Source of the DNA: Candidatus Bathyarchaeia archaeon
Lineage (GTDB): Archaea > Thermoproteota > Bathyarchaeia > Bathyarchaeales > Bathycorpusculaceae
NCBI GenBank assembly: GCA_049516875.1
Contig: JBEKSS010000001.1
Coordinates: 288,001 to 352,000, forward strand
Direction of reading: 5' to 3'
DNA length: 64,000 bases
Both the position numbers and the translations under genes were made by a program. Shown here piece after piece: positions 48,696 to 57,884 of the stretch; position 1 is the first letter of the stretch; each line of letters opens with the position of its first letter. The notes beneath the pieces were generated by a model. It was not told where the DNA came from and made no database searches. It was given only the letters and a program-made list of their open reading frames with translations.

Positions 48696-49832
48696 ATGAG
48701 AACAAACAACCCAAAAACCTACTTTTGGTCTGGAAATGAGGCTTGCGTTGAAGCGGCAATAATCGCTGGATGCCGATTCTTCGCCGGTTACCCGATATCG
48801 CCTGCCAATGAGATACCTGAAGGTCTTTCGGAACGTTTGCCCAAGGTTGATGGAATTTTCATGCAGATGGAAGACGAGTTGGCCTCCATAGGTGCGGTTA
48901 TGGGGGCGAGTTGGGCAGGAAAGAAGGCCATGACCGCTACTTCAGGGCCGGGTTTCAGCTTGATGCAGGAGACAATAGGCTGGGGATTTATGACTGAAAC
49001 TCCCTGTGTCATAGTGGACGTTCAACGAGTCGGGCCGGGCACTGGACAAGCGACCAAGTGCGCCCAAGGAGATGTTATGCAGGCGCGGTGGGGAACACAC
49101 GGCGACTACGCGGCCATTGCGTTGTCGCCGAACTCGGTTCAGGAGATGTTTGAACTCACGGTAAGAGCCTTCAACCTTGCTGAAAAATACCGCACGCCAG
49201 TAGTCCTTCTAGCAGACGAAACAATAGCTCATCTTAGAGAGCAGATAACGGTGCCGCCGCTGGAAAGTATAGAGGTTATTAACCGCAAAAAACCCGAGGC
49301 GGGGGAAACAGCGTTCTTCGGGTTGGAGGAAGTTGCGCCGATGCCAGCAGTGGGCGAAGGCTTCAACGTGGCCGTGACGGCTTCGACGCACGATGAGCAT
49401 GGAGTCCGATTTACCCAAGACGCTGCAGTGCACAGAAGGATGTTGGAGAGGCTTAACGCAAAGATAAACAATCACGCGGATGATATCGTGGAGGTGGAGA
49501 GCTACAACGTTGACGACTGCAAGGTGGGCATAGTTTCTTTCGGCTGCACGTCCCGCGCGGTCTATGAAGCTGTCGAGCGGGCAGAGGCGTTGGGAATCAA
49601 AACGGGCTACGTCCGCCTTAAAACAGTGTGGCCTTTTCCAGACAAGGCCGTTGAAAGGCTGGCTAAGACTGCTGAGAGGATAATCGTTCCGGAGATGAAT
49701 CTGGGACAAGTTGCTGGAGAGGTTCAGAGAGTCGCGTGCAAAGCGGAGATCATAAAGTTGGACAAGATCGGTGGAGGCGAGCTTATCACGCCTGAAGAGG
49801 TGCTTGACAAGATCGTTGAAGGAGGAAAGTGA
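48696..49832 (+). CDS. korA: 2-oxoacid:ferredoxin oxidoreductase alpha (KorA-type)
   Basis: GNEA, FFAGYPISP, MEDELAS, TATSGPG, QR.GP.TG, PEMNLGQ. Confidence 0.92.
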   Translation: MRTNNPKTYFWSGNEACVEAAIIAGCRFFAGYPISPANEIPEGLSERLPKVDGIFMQMEDELASIGAVMGASWAGKKAMTATSGPGFSLMQETIGWGFMTETPCVIVDVQRVGPGTGQATKCAQGDVMQARWGTHGDYAAIALSPNSVQEMFELTVRAFNLAEKYRTPVVLLADETIAHLREQITVPPLESIEVINRKKPEAGETAFFGLEEVAPMPAVGEGFNVAVTASTHDEHGVRFTQDAAVHRRMLERLNAKINNHADDIVEVESYNVDDCKVGIVSFGCTSRAVYEAVERAEALGIKTGYVRLKTVWPFPDKAVERLAKTAERIIVPEMNLGQVAGEVQRVACKAEIIKLDKIGGGELITPEEVLDKIVEGGK

Positions 49833-49833
49833 A

Positions 49834-50667
49834 ATGGCTGAGGCTTTCTCGTCTCGGAAGTACATGAGAGATTTGAAGCTGCCGTTCTGTCCGGGCTGCG
49901 GACTGTTTTCACTCGGCGACACGTTTCTGAGGGCTGTACATGAACTAGGCCACGGAGACTTGAGTGGGTTCTGTTTCGCCAGTGGAATAGGCTGTTCCTC
50001 ATGGATCCCGTCGCCGTACTTCCTGGCAGATTCAGTTCACACGCTGCATGGCAGGAGCATTCCGGTCGCGACGAGCATCAAGCTCATACGTCCAGACTTG
50101 AACGTGGTCGTGTTCGGCGGAGACGGAGACATCGTCGGCATCGGCCTGAGCCACTTTGTACACGCTGCGAGACGCAACACAGACTTACTTGTCATAATGG
50201 GCAACAACATGGTGTACGGCATGACAGGCGGACAGGTAGCGCCCACAACACCGTTCAAAACCAAGACCACAACCACCCCCTACGGAAGTTTTGAGCACCC
50301 ACTGGACGCTGCAAAACTGGCTGTCGCCGCTGGAGCAGCGTATTCCGCTCGTTGGACGACGGCACACCTGAGCGAACTGAAGGAATCAGTCAAAACTGCA
50401 CTCCAGATGCCCGGCTTCAAGTTTATCGAAGTCGTAACCCACTGCCCGACAGCGTACGGCAGAAGAGCCGGGTTCAAAGACATCGGAGAAATGCTGAAGT
50501 ACTACAAAGAAAACGCTGTTTCGACACAGCAGGCTGGAAAACTGAGCGAGGAAGAACTTGAAAATAGAATAGTTGTCGGAGAATTCGTCAAGAGAAAGCG
50601 TCTAACACTTGTGGAGACGGTTTACGCCATGATCAAGGAGGCGAAAGCAAGTGGCGAACAAGACTGA
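49834..50667 (+). CDS. korB: OFOR beta (KorB-type)
   Basis: FCPGCG, SGIGCS, HTLHGR, GGDGD..IG, NN.VYGMTGGQ. ATG at 49834 follows GGAGG. Confidence 0.92.
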   Translation: MAEAFSSRKYMRDLKLPFCPGCGLFSLGDTFLRAVHELGHGDLSGFCFASGIGCSSWIPSPYFLADSVHTLHGRSIPVATSIKLIRPDLNVVVFGGDGDIVGIGLSHFVHAARRNTDLLVIMGNNMVYGMTGGQVAPTTPFKTKTTTTPYGSFEHPLDAAKLAVAAGAAYSARWTTAHLSELKESVKTALQMPGFKFIEVVTHCPTAYGRRAGFKDIGEMLKYYKENAVSTQQAGKLSEEELENRIVVGEFVKRKRLTLVETVYAMIKEAKASGEQD

Positions 50668-51184
50668 GATAAAGATGGGCGGAAGTGGCGGACAAGGCGT
50701 AGTCCTAGCCGCACAGATACTGGGAAAAGCCGCCGTTTTGGATGGAAGAAACGTTTTGCAGACACAGGCTTACGGGGCTGAGGCCAGAGGAAGCCTGGCC
50801 AAGAGCGAAGTGATCATATCAGACAGCAAAATAGGCTTCCCCGCGGTCAGAAAATGCGACATACTCGTCGCGATGAACCAAGAATCCCTCAACATGCTGT
50901 TCAAGGATTTGAAAGAAAACGGAAAGCTGATAATCGACAGCACCAACGTAACAAACGTACCTGAAACAGAAGGCCAAGTCTACAAGATTCCAATCACAGA
51001 AACCGCTAAAAAAACGTTCGGAGAAGCATTCTACGCAAACATGATTATGCTCGGAGCCTTCACAAGAATAACCAACCTCGTGAGCAGAGAGGCAATGGAA
51101 AAAACAATCAGAGAAAACGTCTCAAAGAGAACCATTGAAACCAACATCAAAGCTTTCCAGAAAGGCCTAAAGCTCAAACGCTGA
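50651..51184 (+). CDS. korC: OFOR gamma (KorC-type)
   Basis: GSGGQG, YGAEARG, N.IMLGA. Confidence 0.9.
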   Translation: MANKTEIKMGGSGGQGVVLAAQILGKAAVLDGRNVLQTQAYGAEARGSLAKSEVIISDSKIGFPAVRKCDILVAMNQESLNMLFKDLKENGKLIIDSTNVTNVPETEGQVYKIPITETAKKTFGEAFYANMIMLGAFTRITNLVSREAMEKTIRENVSKRTIETNIKAFQKGLKLKR

Positions 51185-51259
51185 AAACAACAGACTCGGC
51201 ACAGCCTGATCTTACATAATGTTTTTATTGTTATAAAAAAAGTATTAACGCCGAGGCTT

Positions 51260-52258
51260 ATGTCAGACATAATCACTGTCAATAATCTTGTTGAAGTATA
51301 CTCCGACGGGACGAGGGCTGTTGACGACATTTCGTTCAGCGTGAAGGAGGGCGAGTTTTTCGGGTTTTTGGGTCCAAACGGAGCTGGAAAAAGCACAACC
51401 ATCAAGATTCTGACGACGCTTCTCAGGAAAACGTCCGGTTCGGCCATCGTGGCGGGCCATGACCTTGACAAGGAGCCTAAGGAGATTCGCAAGGTCATCG
51501 GCGTTCAGAGCCAAGAAACGGCTGTGGACGGAGACCTCACCGGCATGGAGAATCTGATGCTTCAGGGCCACTTTCAGCAGTTGCCCAGCGCCGAACTCAA
51601 ACAACGCGTCAACGAACTCCTGAAGCTCGTGGAACTCGAGGACGCCGCGAACAAGCGTGCAAGGAACTATTCGGGTGGCATGAAGAAGAGGCTTGACCTC
51701 GCTTCGGCTCTGGTCCACAGGCCGAGGTTGCTATTCCTGGATGAGCCGACGACGGGTCTGGATCCTCAGTCGCGCGCGGCGATTTGGGCTTACCTTGAGA
51801 AGCTGAATAATGAAGAGGGCACTACGATATTTTTGACGACGCAGTACATGGAGGAGGCTGATAGGCTTTGTCGGCAGCTTTCGATAATCGATTTCGGAAA
51901 AATCGTGGCCAGCGGATCTCCGGCTGAGCTCAAACGGCAGGTCGGAGCCGACTCCATCAAACTGTCGCTTGAGAATTGTGGTAAGGATAAGCCGAGTGCG
52001 AAGGAGATTCTTGGCGGTCTTGAGGGCGTTACGAAGGTCATCGATTCTGAAGAGTGCTTGACCGTTTACGCGAAGAATGCGGGACTCATCATCGCGGACA
52101 TCGTTAGGGCGTTTGACAGCAGGGGCATTCGGCTCTCGTCGGTGAGCTTTTCGTCGCCGACTCTTGATGACATTTTCCTGCAGCACACGGGAAGGAGGAT
52201 AAGGCCCGAGGAGCTTGTCAAGACCCCCAGCGTCATGTTCGGCGGGAGGAGGCGATGA
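51260..52258 (+). CDS. ABC-2 exporter ATPase (DrrA-like)
   Basis: GPNGAGKST, YSGGMKKRL, DEPTTGLD, C-terminal PTLDD.F. Confidence 0.92.
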   Translation: MSDIITVNNLVEVYSDGTRAVDDISFSVKEGEFFGFLGPNGAGKSTTIKILTTLLRKTSGSAIVAGHDLDKEPKEIRKVIGVQSQETAVDGDLTGMENLMLQGHFQQLPSAELKQRVNELLKLVELEDAANKRARNYSGGMKKRLDLASALVHRPRLLFLDEPTTGLDPQSRAAIWAYLEKLNNEEGTTIFLTTQYMEEADRLCRQLSIIDFGKIVASGSPAELKRQVGADSIKLSLENCGKDKPSAKEILGGLEGVTKVIDSEECLTVYAKNAGLIIADIVRAFDSRGIRLSSVSFSSPTLDDIFLQHTGRRIRPEELVKTPSVMFGGRRR

Positions 52259-52261
52259 AAC

Positions 52262-53044
52262 ATGACTCTCTTCTCCGACACCGGTTACCTGTTCGTTAGG
52301 TACTTGAAGAAGCTCGTCCGAAACCCCATTCTGCTCTTCTTCTCGCTGTTTCAACCCATAATTTTCTTGCTGCTTTTCACGCAGTTGTTCTCGAAGTTCT
52401 CTTCCTTACAAAATTTCACTGAATTTAGTGGAGGCGCCAGCAGCTATCTTGAGTTCGCCACTGCAGGCATCCTCCTCCAAAACGCTTTCGGCAGCGCCCT
52501 GCAATCGGGGACTTCGATAGTGCTTGACCTGGATACTGGGTATTTGCAGAAGATGCTCGTGACGCCGGTTAGCAGATATGCCATATTGTTGGGAAGGTTG
52601 ACTAGTGACGCTTTCAGAGTTGTCGTTCAGTCAGCAATCATCCTGGTGTTGGCCTATGCCTTGGGTGCTACAGTGGCAACAGGGATTGTTGGAATACTGC
52701 TCATGCTTTTTATCGTAGCCTTCTTCGGCCTCGCTTGGTCCGGAATTTCTCTGGCCATAGGATTGAAGACAAGAAGTTCCGAGACGGTGTTCGCCATAGG
52801 CGGGTTCCTTACCTTTCCGTTGCTGTTCATGAGCACGGCTTTGACTCCAAAGGGCTTTATGCCCAATTGGATATCGGACATCTCGAACTTCAACCCGATC
52901 AGCTACACCGTGGACGCGGCTCGAGCGCTCATGGTTACCGGATACGATTGGGGCACGGTGCTCAAAGCGTTCGGCGTGATTGGGCTTATCGCCGTTGTCA
53001 CTTTGGGAGCGACGCTGTACCTGTTCAGGAAGGTAGTTAGCTAG
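52262..53044 (+). CDS. ABC-2 exporter permease (DrrB-like)
   Basis: Six TM segments, G.L..MLVTP.SR, NP.SY.VDA.R. Confidence 0.9.
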   Translation: MTLFSDTGYLFVRYLKKLVRNPILLFFSLFQPIIFLLLFTQLFSKFSSLQNFTEFSGGASSYLEFATAGILLQNAFGSALQSGTSIVLDLDTGYLQKMLVTPVSRYAILLGRLTSDAFRVVVQSAIILVLAYALGATVATGIVGILLMLFIVAFFGLAWSGISLAIGLKTRSSETVFAIGGFLTFPLLFMSTALTPKGFMPNWISDISNFNPISYTVDAARALMVTGYDWGTVLKAFGVIGLIAVVTLGATLYLFRKVVS

Positions 53045-53166
53045 TTGAGAAGACCCGAATGGTTTTGAATAGCATGAGACGTGATGACCGCATGTCCTAT
53101 GAATGCAAGTGAACAAGTTTGGCTGGCTTTAAATAGTTGAATTTGCTCAGTTAATTATGGGGAACA

Positions 53167-53373
53167 GTGTTGGAAATACAACATTGGTGCTTCAACGAGT
53201 TCCCAGATCAATGCGTAGGATGCCCGGAATACAGCGAATCACGTCCAGATTCAACTATGCAACTCATTTTGCAAACAGCGAGTTGTGGCATACCATATCC
53301 GCAACGATACAGGAGATTAGTTACCAGAGAATGCAAACTGTATCACAAACGCAAAGTCGAATATTCAGAATGA
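53167..53373 (+). CDS. Small Cys-rich hypothetical protein
   Basis: 68 aa with five Cys including CVGC; TTTAAATA about 35 bp upstream. Confidence 0.4.
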   Translation: MLEIQHWCFNEFPDQCVGCPEYSESRPDSTMQLILQTASCGIPYPQRYRRLVTRECKLYHKRKVEYSE

Positions 53374-53428
53374 AGAAAAATCCTAGCCTGCGGTTGCTAT
53401 CTTCCGTTTTCTGAATAGGTTGTCCTCG

Positions 53429-53443
53429 TAGCGCGCGCTAGGC
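53429..53443 (-). repeat. GC junction motif TAGCGCGCGCTA-GGC
   Basis: Perfect 12-bp palindrome identical to the copy at 34882. Confidence 0.8.
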
Positions 53444-53857
53444 CCCATTCTGATGTCTGATTACTTGTGTTTTCTGGACAGGTTAACCTAGTTAACGGCG
53501 CGGCAAGTACACGATGAAAACAGGCTTAAACGCAGATTATGAAATTCCCGTTATTTCCCGACTTTGTCCGAGTGCTTTTTCTTCTTTTGCTTATTCTTTT
53601 TTTCTAATGAAGGCATACACTAATCCCCACAAAGCAATACTTACAATTAATGATATTACCCTATGTAGGTCTTAAGACTTTTCACAGTTAAGCCTATAGG
53701 AGTTAGAAAAAGGGGATTGTGCTGGAGACATCTCCACTTTAAATGTAAGTATCTTACTCCGGCCACTTCTTTGCATACTCCGCCATCTTTTTGTATTGCG
53801 GGCGCCCACTTGGACAGGCATAAGTCAAACCCTAAGAGAACGGACAAGGGTGTTTCG

Positions 53858-54970
53858 ATGAAGTATGAAATCAGATGCTCAGTGTGCAACAAGCCCTCTT
53901 CCAGTTTACTTGCCTTCAAATGTCCCTCATGTGGGCAGCCATTGGACATTCAACTTGACTTCAATTTTGAACCCGAAAAGATTTTCAGGAATAACTACAG
54001 CGTTTGGAGGTACGCGCAATTTTTCCCGTATGCGCAGGAGAACAAAATCATCAGTCTGGGTGAAGGCTGGACTCCTCTGGTCAGGTTGTCAGACAACACG
54101 TACGTGAAGCTTGAGAGCCAGAATCCTACTGGTTCTTTCAAGGACAGAGGCTCAACGGTCCTGATCTCCGCTTTGCACAGGCTGATAGAAGAGGCGGGGG
54201 GTTACATTGCTGAGGATTCTTCGGGCAACGCTGGAGCTTCGATGGCCGCCTACGCTGCGCGCGCGGGCTTGAAGGCCAGAATTTACGTTCCAGAGACTGT
54301 TGCGGGTCCAAAGTTCAATCAAATCCAGTTTTACGGGGCGCAAGTCACGAGGGTTTCGGGCAGCCGTAGCAGAGTTGCTGAGGAAGCGCAGAGACCTCAG
54401 AAGGGGAAAGTCTACATCGGACACATTCTTCACCCCTTGTTTAGAGACGGAATCAGGAGCCTAGCTTACGAGATTGCTGAACAGTTTGACTGGCAACTCC
54501 CTGAGCGCATTTACTTGCCTGTATCTGCCGGAACTCTTCTTCTTGGCGTACTAAGCGGGTTCAGACACCTAGCTGAATCTGGCATCATCAAGTCCACGCC
54601 GAAGATTGTGGCTTGCCAGACACGCCAAGTTTCACCCCTTTATCATCGATTCAAGGGTTTGGGCTATACTCCACCTGAAAGGGTTACATCTGCTGCCGAC
54701 GCGCTTGTCAGCGTGAATCCGCCACTGCTTGAACTCATGGTCAAAGGATTGAGAGATGCAAGGGGAGACGCCGTCATGGTTGAGGAAAATGAGATTCTGG
54801 AGGCTTTCAAGGAACTGGCCAGAAACGGCTTTTTTGTCGAACCCAGCTCAGCTGTTGCGTATGCGGCTTACAAGAAACAAATCAGGACCAAACGGACTTC
54901 AAAAGATGCCATTGCGACAGTGGTATTAACGGGTATGGGGTTGAAGACCACATTTCAACCACTCGCATGA
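53858..54970 (+). CDS. thrC: Threonine synthase-like PLP enzyme with N-terminal Zn ribbon
   Basis: CSVC..CPSC, LGEG.TPL, NPTGSFKDRG, SSGNAG, EPSSA, LTG.GLK. Confidence 0.85.
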   Translation: MKYEIRCSVCNKPSSSLLAFKCPSCGQPLDIQLDFNFEPEKIFRNNYSVWRYAQFFPYAQENKIISLGEGWTPLVRLSDNTYVKLESQNPTGSFKDRGSTVLISALHRLIEEAGGYIAEDSSGNAGASMAAYAARAGLKARIYVPETVAGPKFNQIQFYGAQVTRVSGSRSRVAEEAQRPQKGKVYIGHILHPLFRDGIRSLAYEIAEQFDWQLPERIYLPVSAGTLLLGVLSGFRHLAESGIIKSTPKIVACQTRQVSPLYHRFKGLGYTPPERVTSAADALVSVNPPLLELMVKGLRDARGDAVMVEENEILEAFKELARNGFFVEPSSAVAYAAYKKQIRTKRTSKDAIATVVLTGMGLKTTFQPLA

Positions 54971-54991
54971 GTTTACTTTTCAAAATCTGGC

Positions 54992-55003
54992 GGGCGCGCT
55001 TAA
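54992..55003. repeat. Short GC motif GGGCGCGCTTAA (right edge of island)
   Basis: Between convergent thrC and dppF. Confidence 0.5.
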
Positions 55004-55030
55004 AAGCTGGGGTTCTGATTTTGCCTAGTG

Positions 55031-56020
55031 TCAATAAAGTAAACAGGCGACAAAATGCTCCTTCTCAACTTCAACGAGTTCCAGCTGCTTTTCAGCGCAT
55101 TCACGCTTCTTATGTGGACATCGTGGATTGAACCTGCACCCTGGTGGAACATTTATTGCTGAAGGGATTTCTCCTTGCAGCTCTACAGTTCTCCTTTTGC
55201 GCTCAGGATCAGGCACTGGAACCGCAGATAGCAAGGCCTGCGTGTAGGGGTGTAATGGTTTTAAGAAGATAGATTCTTTGCTGCCCATCTCTATTATTCT
55301 TCCAAGATACATAACAGCTATGCGATCGGATATATACTTGGCAACTGCCAAATCGTGGGTCACAAAAAGATAGGTCAAATTGAGTTCTTTCCTGAAACTC
55401 AACATAAGATCGATTATGGTTGTTCTGAGGGAAACGTCAATCATGGAGACAGGTTCATCCGCAACCATAAACTCGGGTCTCAAAATTATCGAACGCGCTA
55501 ATGCTATCCTCTGTCTTTGACCACCACTGAGCTGATGCGGAAAAAGCCTCACGAACTGCTCAGGAGGCGACAATCCTACCTTTTCAAGAACCTCCAGAAC
55601 CATTTTCTCCCTTTCTCTCCCATGAGCTATCCCATGGATCTTGAGCGGATGACCGACTGCATCACCAATCCTCATTCGCGGGCTGAGCGATGCATACGGG
55701 TCTTGAAAGATCATCTGAATTTTTCGTCGAAGAAGCCTAAGCGTCTCACCCTTAAGCTTTGTGACGTCCGTGCCTTCAAACCAGATTTTGCCCGATGTCG
55801 GCTCGATCAGCCTTACGATGAGCTTTCCAGAAGTTGTCTTCCCACATCCACTTTCCCCGGCTAAGGTGAAGATTTCTCCTTTCTTTACTGAGAACGTTAT
55901 ATCGTCAACGGCCTTGAGATAACTCTTTTTCCTCGTGAATAGTTGTTCAAGCACGTTCTTTTGAACAGGGAAATACTTCTTTAGATGTTCGACTTTCAGG
56001 ACTTCACTCACTGCGAACAC
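55031..56020 (-). CDS. dppF: Peptide ABC ATPase (DppF/OppF)
   Basis: GESGCGKT, LSGGQRQR, DEPVSMID, HPYT. Confidence 0.92.
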   Translation of the reverse strand: MFAVSEVLKVEHLKKYFPVQKNVLEQLFTRKKSYLKAVDDITFSVKKGEIFTLAGESGCGKTTSGKLIVRLIEPTSGKIWFEGTDVTKLKGETLRLLRRKIQMIFQDPYASLSPRMRIGDAVGHPLKIHGIAHGREREKMVLEVLEKVGLSPPEQFVRLFPHQLSGGQRQRIALARSIILRPEFMVADEPVSMIDVSLRTTIIDLMLSFRKELNLTYLFVTHDLAVAKYISDRIAVMYLGRIIEMGSKESIFLKPLHPYTQALLSAVPVPDPERKRRTVELQGEIPSAINVPPGCRFNPRCPHKKRECAEKQLELVEVEKEHFVACLLY

Positions 56021-56981
56021 CTACTTCACCATAAAGAAAGCAGCGGACGAGATGGTTGCTTCCAACGTCGATTAAAGGTGGCTTCTTGTTCGGGCAGATT
56101 TCCATTGCGTATGAACACCGTGGCCAAAAGGGGCAACCTCTTGGTGGATCGAGCATATTCGGAGGTGACCCTGGTATAGCTGTCAGTCTCTGGTCGGAGA
56201 GCTCTATGTTAGGAATACTTTGCAGAAGCTTCTGTGTGTAGGGATGTTTGGGCGATCGATAGAGTTCGGTGCTGGTTGTGTATTCAACCATGTGTCCAGC
56301 ATACATTACGATTATTCTGTCACATCTCTCCAAGATTATGCTCAGGTCGTGGGAAATGAGGATTAGGGCCATGTGGTGTGTTTTGCGCAGACTTGCGAGC
56401 AGGTCCAGTATTTTTGCTTGAACAATCACGTCTAGGGCGGTTGTCGGTTCATCGGCTATTACCAGATCAGGGTTCAGTGCTATTGCCAAACCGATCATTA
56501 TACGTTGCCGCATTCCACCACTGAATTGATGAGGATAATCATTGACGCGTTCAGACTGTATTCCCAAGTCTTTCAAGACAGTCTTTGCCCGTTCGAATGC
56601 TTGTTTTTTGCTTGTGTTAGGTTCATGCGTTCGTATCAGCTCCACAAAATGTTCGCCGATTCGTTTGACAGGATCCAAGGATATCATCGGGTCTTGGAAG
56701 ACATAAGCAACGCGCTTTCCTCTGATGGAACGCATCTTGTCCTCTGGCAGTCCCAAAATGCTTTCTCCATCAACGTTTATTTCGCCTCTGCTTATAACAC
56801 CCGGGTACGGGACTAATCGGATGATAGAAACGCCTAGGGTTGATTTTCCAGAACCCGATTCTCCAACCAGACCCAGCGTTTCTCCTTTTCCCAAGGAGAA
56901 CGACATGTCGTCAACGGCGTGTATTGTTCCTCTGCTTGTGCGATAATCAATGGCTAATGAGTCCACCTCCAACAAAGGCAA
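56004..56981 (-). CDS. dppD: Peptide ABC ATPase (DppD/OppD)
   Basis: GESGSGKS, FSGGMRQR, DEPTTALD, HPYT. Confidence 0.92.
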   Translation of the reverse strand: MPLLEVDSLAIDYRTSRGTIHAVDDMSFSLGKGETLGLVGESGSGKSTLGVSIIRLVPYPGVISRGEINVDGESILGLPEDKMRSIRGKRVAYVFQDPMISLDPVKRIGEHFVELIRTHEPNTSKKQAFERAKTVLKDLGIQSERVNDYPHQFSGGMRQRIMIGLAIALNPDLVIADEPTTALDVIVQAKILDLLASLRKTHHMALILISHDLSIILERCDRIIVMYAGHMVEYTTSTELYRSPKHPYTQKLLQSIPNIELSDQRLTAIPGSPPNMLDPPRGCPFWPRCSYAMEICPNKKPPLIDVGSNHLVRCFLYGEVGVRSE

Positions 56982-56990
56982 TTTTCCACC

Positions 56991-57872
56991 TCAACGCTGA
57001 AGTTTCGGGTTTAGCAATTCACTCAATCCTTCTCCTACCAGAGTGAACCCGAGGGCTAAGAGGATTATCATGAGACCGGGAAAAGTTATGATCCACCATG
57101 CTCCACTAGAAAGAAATTGCCATCCGTTCTTCAAGTCCCATCCCCAGTCAGGTATGTTGTAGGGCACTCCTAGACCTATAAAAGTCAAGCCAGCAGCTGT
57201 GAGAACGGCGTCAGCAAAGTTGACTGTGGCAACGATTATTATCGAGGGAATAACGTTTGGAAACACGTAGCTTATCAGTATCGTGTACCATTTTGCACCA
57301 GATGATTTGGCTGCTTCTATGTACGTTAGCTCTTTTATACTCAAGACCTGGCTTCGAACTATCCTGAAATAGGAGGGGATATAGACGACGGCTATTGAAA
57401 GAGCCATGTTGATCACTCCAGGACCTAGCATGGCAGCCACAGCAATTGCGATGACGAGGCCCGGGAATGCGTAAACGGCGTCTATCACCAAGGAGAAACC
57501 TCTGTCAAACATTCCCCCAACATAGGAAGAAAAGAGCCCTAAAGGTACACCGACGAGAAAACAGATGAGGACAGAAAGAACTGAAATCTCAAGCATTATC
57601 GAACCTCCGAACAGAATCCTGCTGAGCATGTCAAAGCCGAGTTGATTGGTCCCCATTGGGAACCCCAGACTTGGTGGAGCCCTTATCGAACCGACCTGTA
57701 AATTTGGATCGTGCGGCGATATCCACGGAGCCACTGCTGTCATGACGATGATTGCTGAAACGATGGCTATACCAACAATAACCATCCATCCCGAGGGGCC
57801 TCTTCTTGTAAGGGAAGTCAGTTGTGGAACTATGCGCGCGAGGATGCTTCGCTTCATCTTGGCTTCTGTCAT
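56991..57872 (-). CDS. dppC: Peptide ABC permease (DppC)
   Basis: MGT..LG.D..SR, EAA loop YIEAAKSSGA, PDWG. Confidence 0.92.
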   Translation of the reverse strand: MTEAKMKRSILARIVPQLTSLTRRGPSGWMVIVGIAIVSAIIVMTAVAPWISPHDPNLQVGSIRAPPSLGFPMGTNQLGFDMLSRILFGGSIMLEISVLSVLICFLVGVPLGLFSSYVGGMFDRGFSLVIDAVYAFPGLVIAIAVAAMLGPGVINMALSIAVVYIPSYFRIVRSQVLSIKELTYIEAAKSSGAKWYTILISYVFPNVIPSIIIVATVNFADAVLTAAGLTFIGLGVPYNIPDWGWDLKNGWQFLSSGAWWIITFPGLMIILLALGFTLVGEGLSELLNPKLQR

Positions 57873-57884
57873 TCTTCTTCCTTC

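Noticed and set aside
53450-53850. Possible ncRNA or small ORFs upstream of thrC
   Set aside because: No tRNA, C/D-box or other recognisable structure, and the ORFs lack motifs.
12118-55003. Canonical integron cassette array
   Set aside because: No IntI, no consistent RYYYAAC/GTTRRRY attC structure, and the modules are multi-gene, in both orientations and carry their own promoters.
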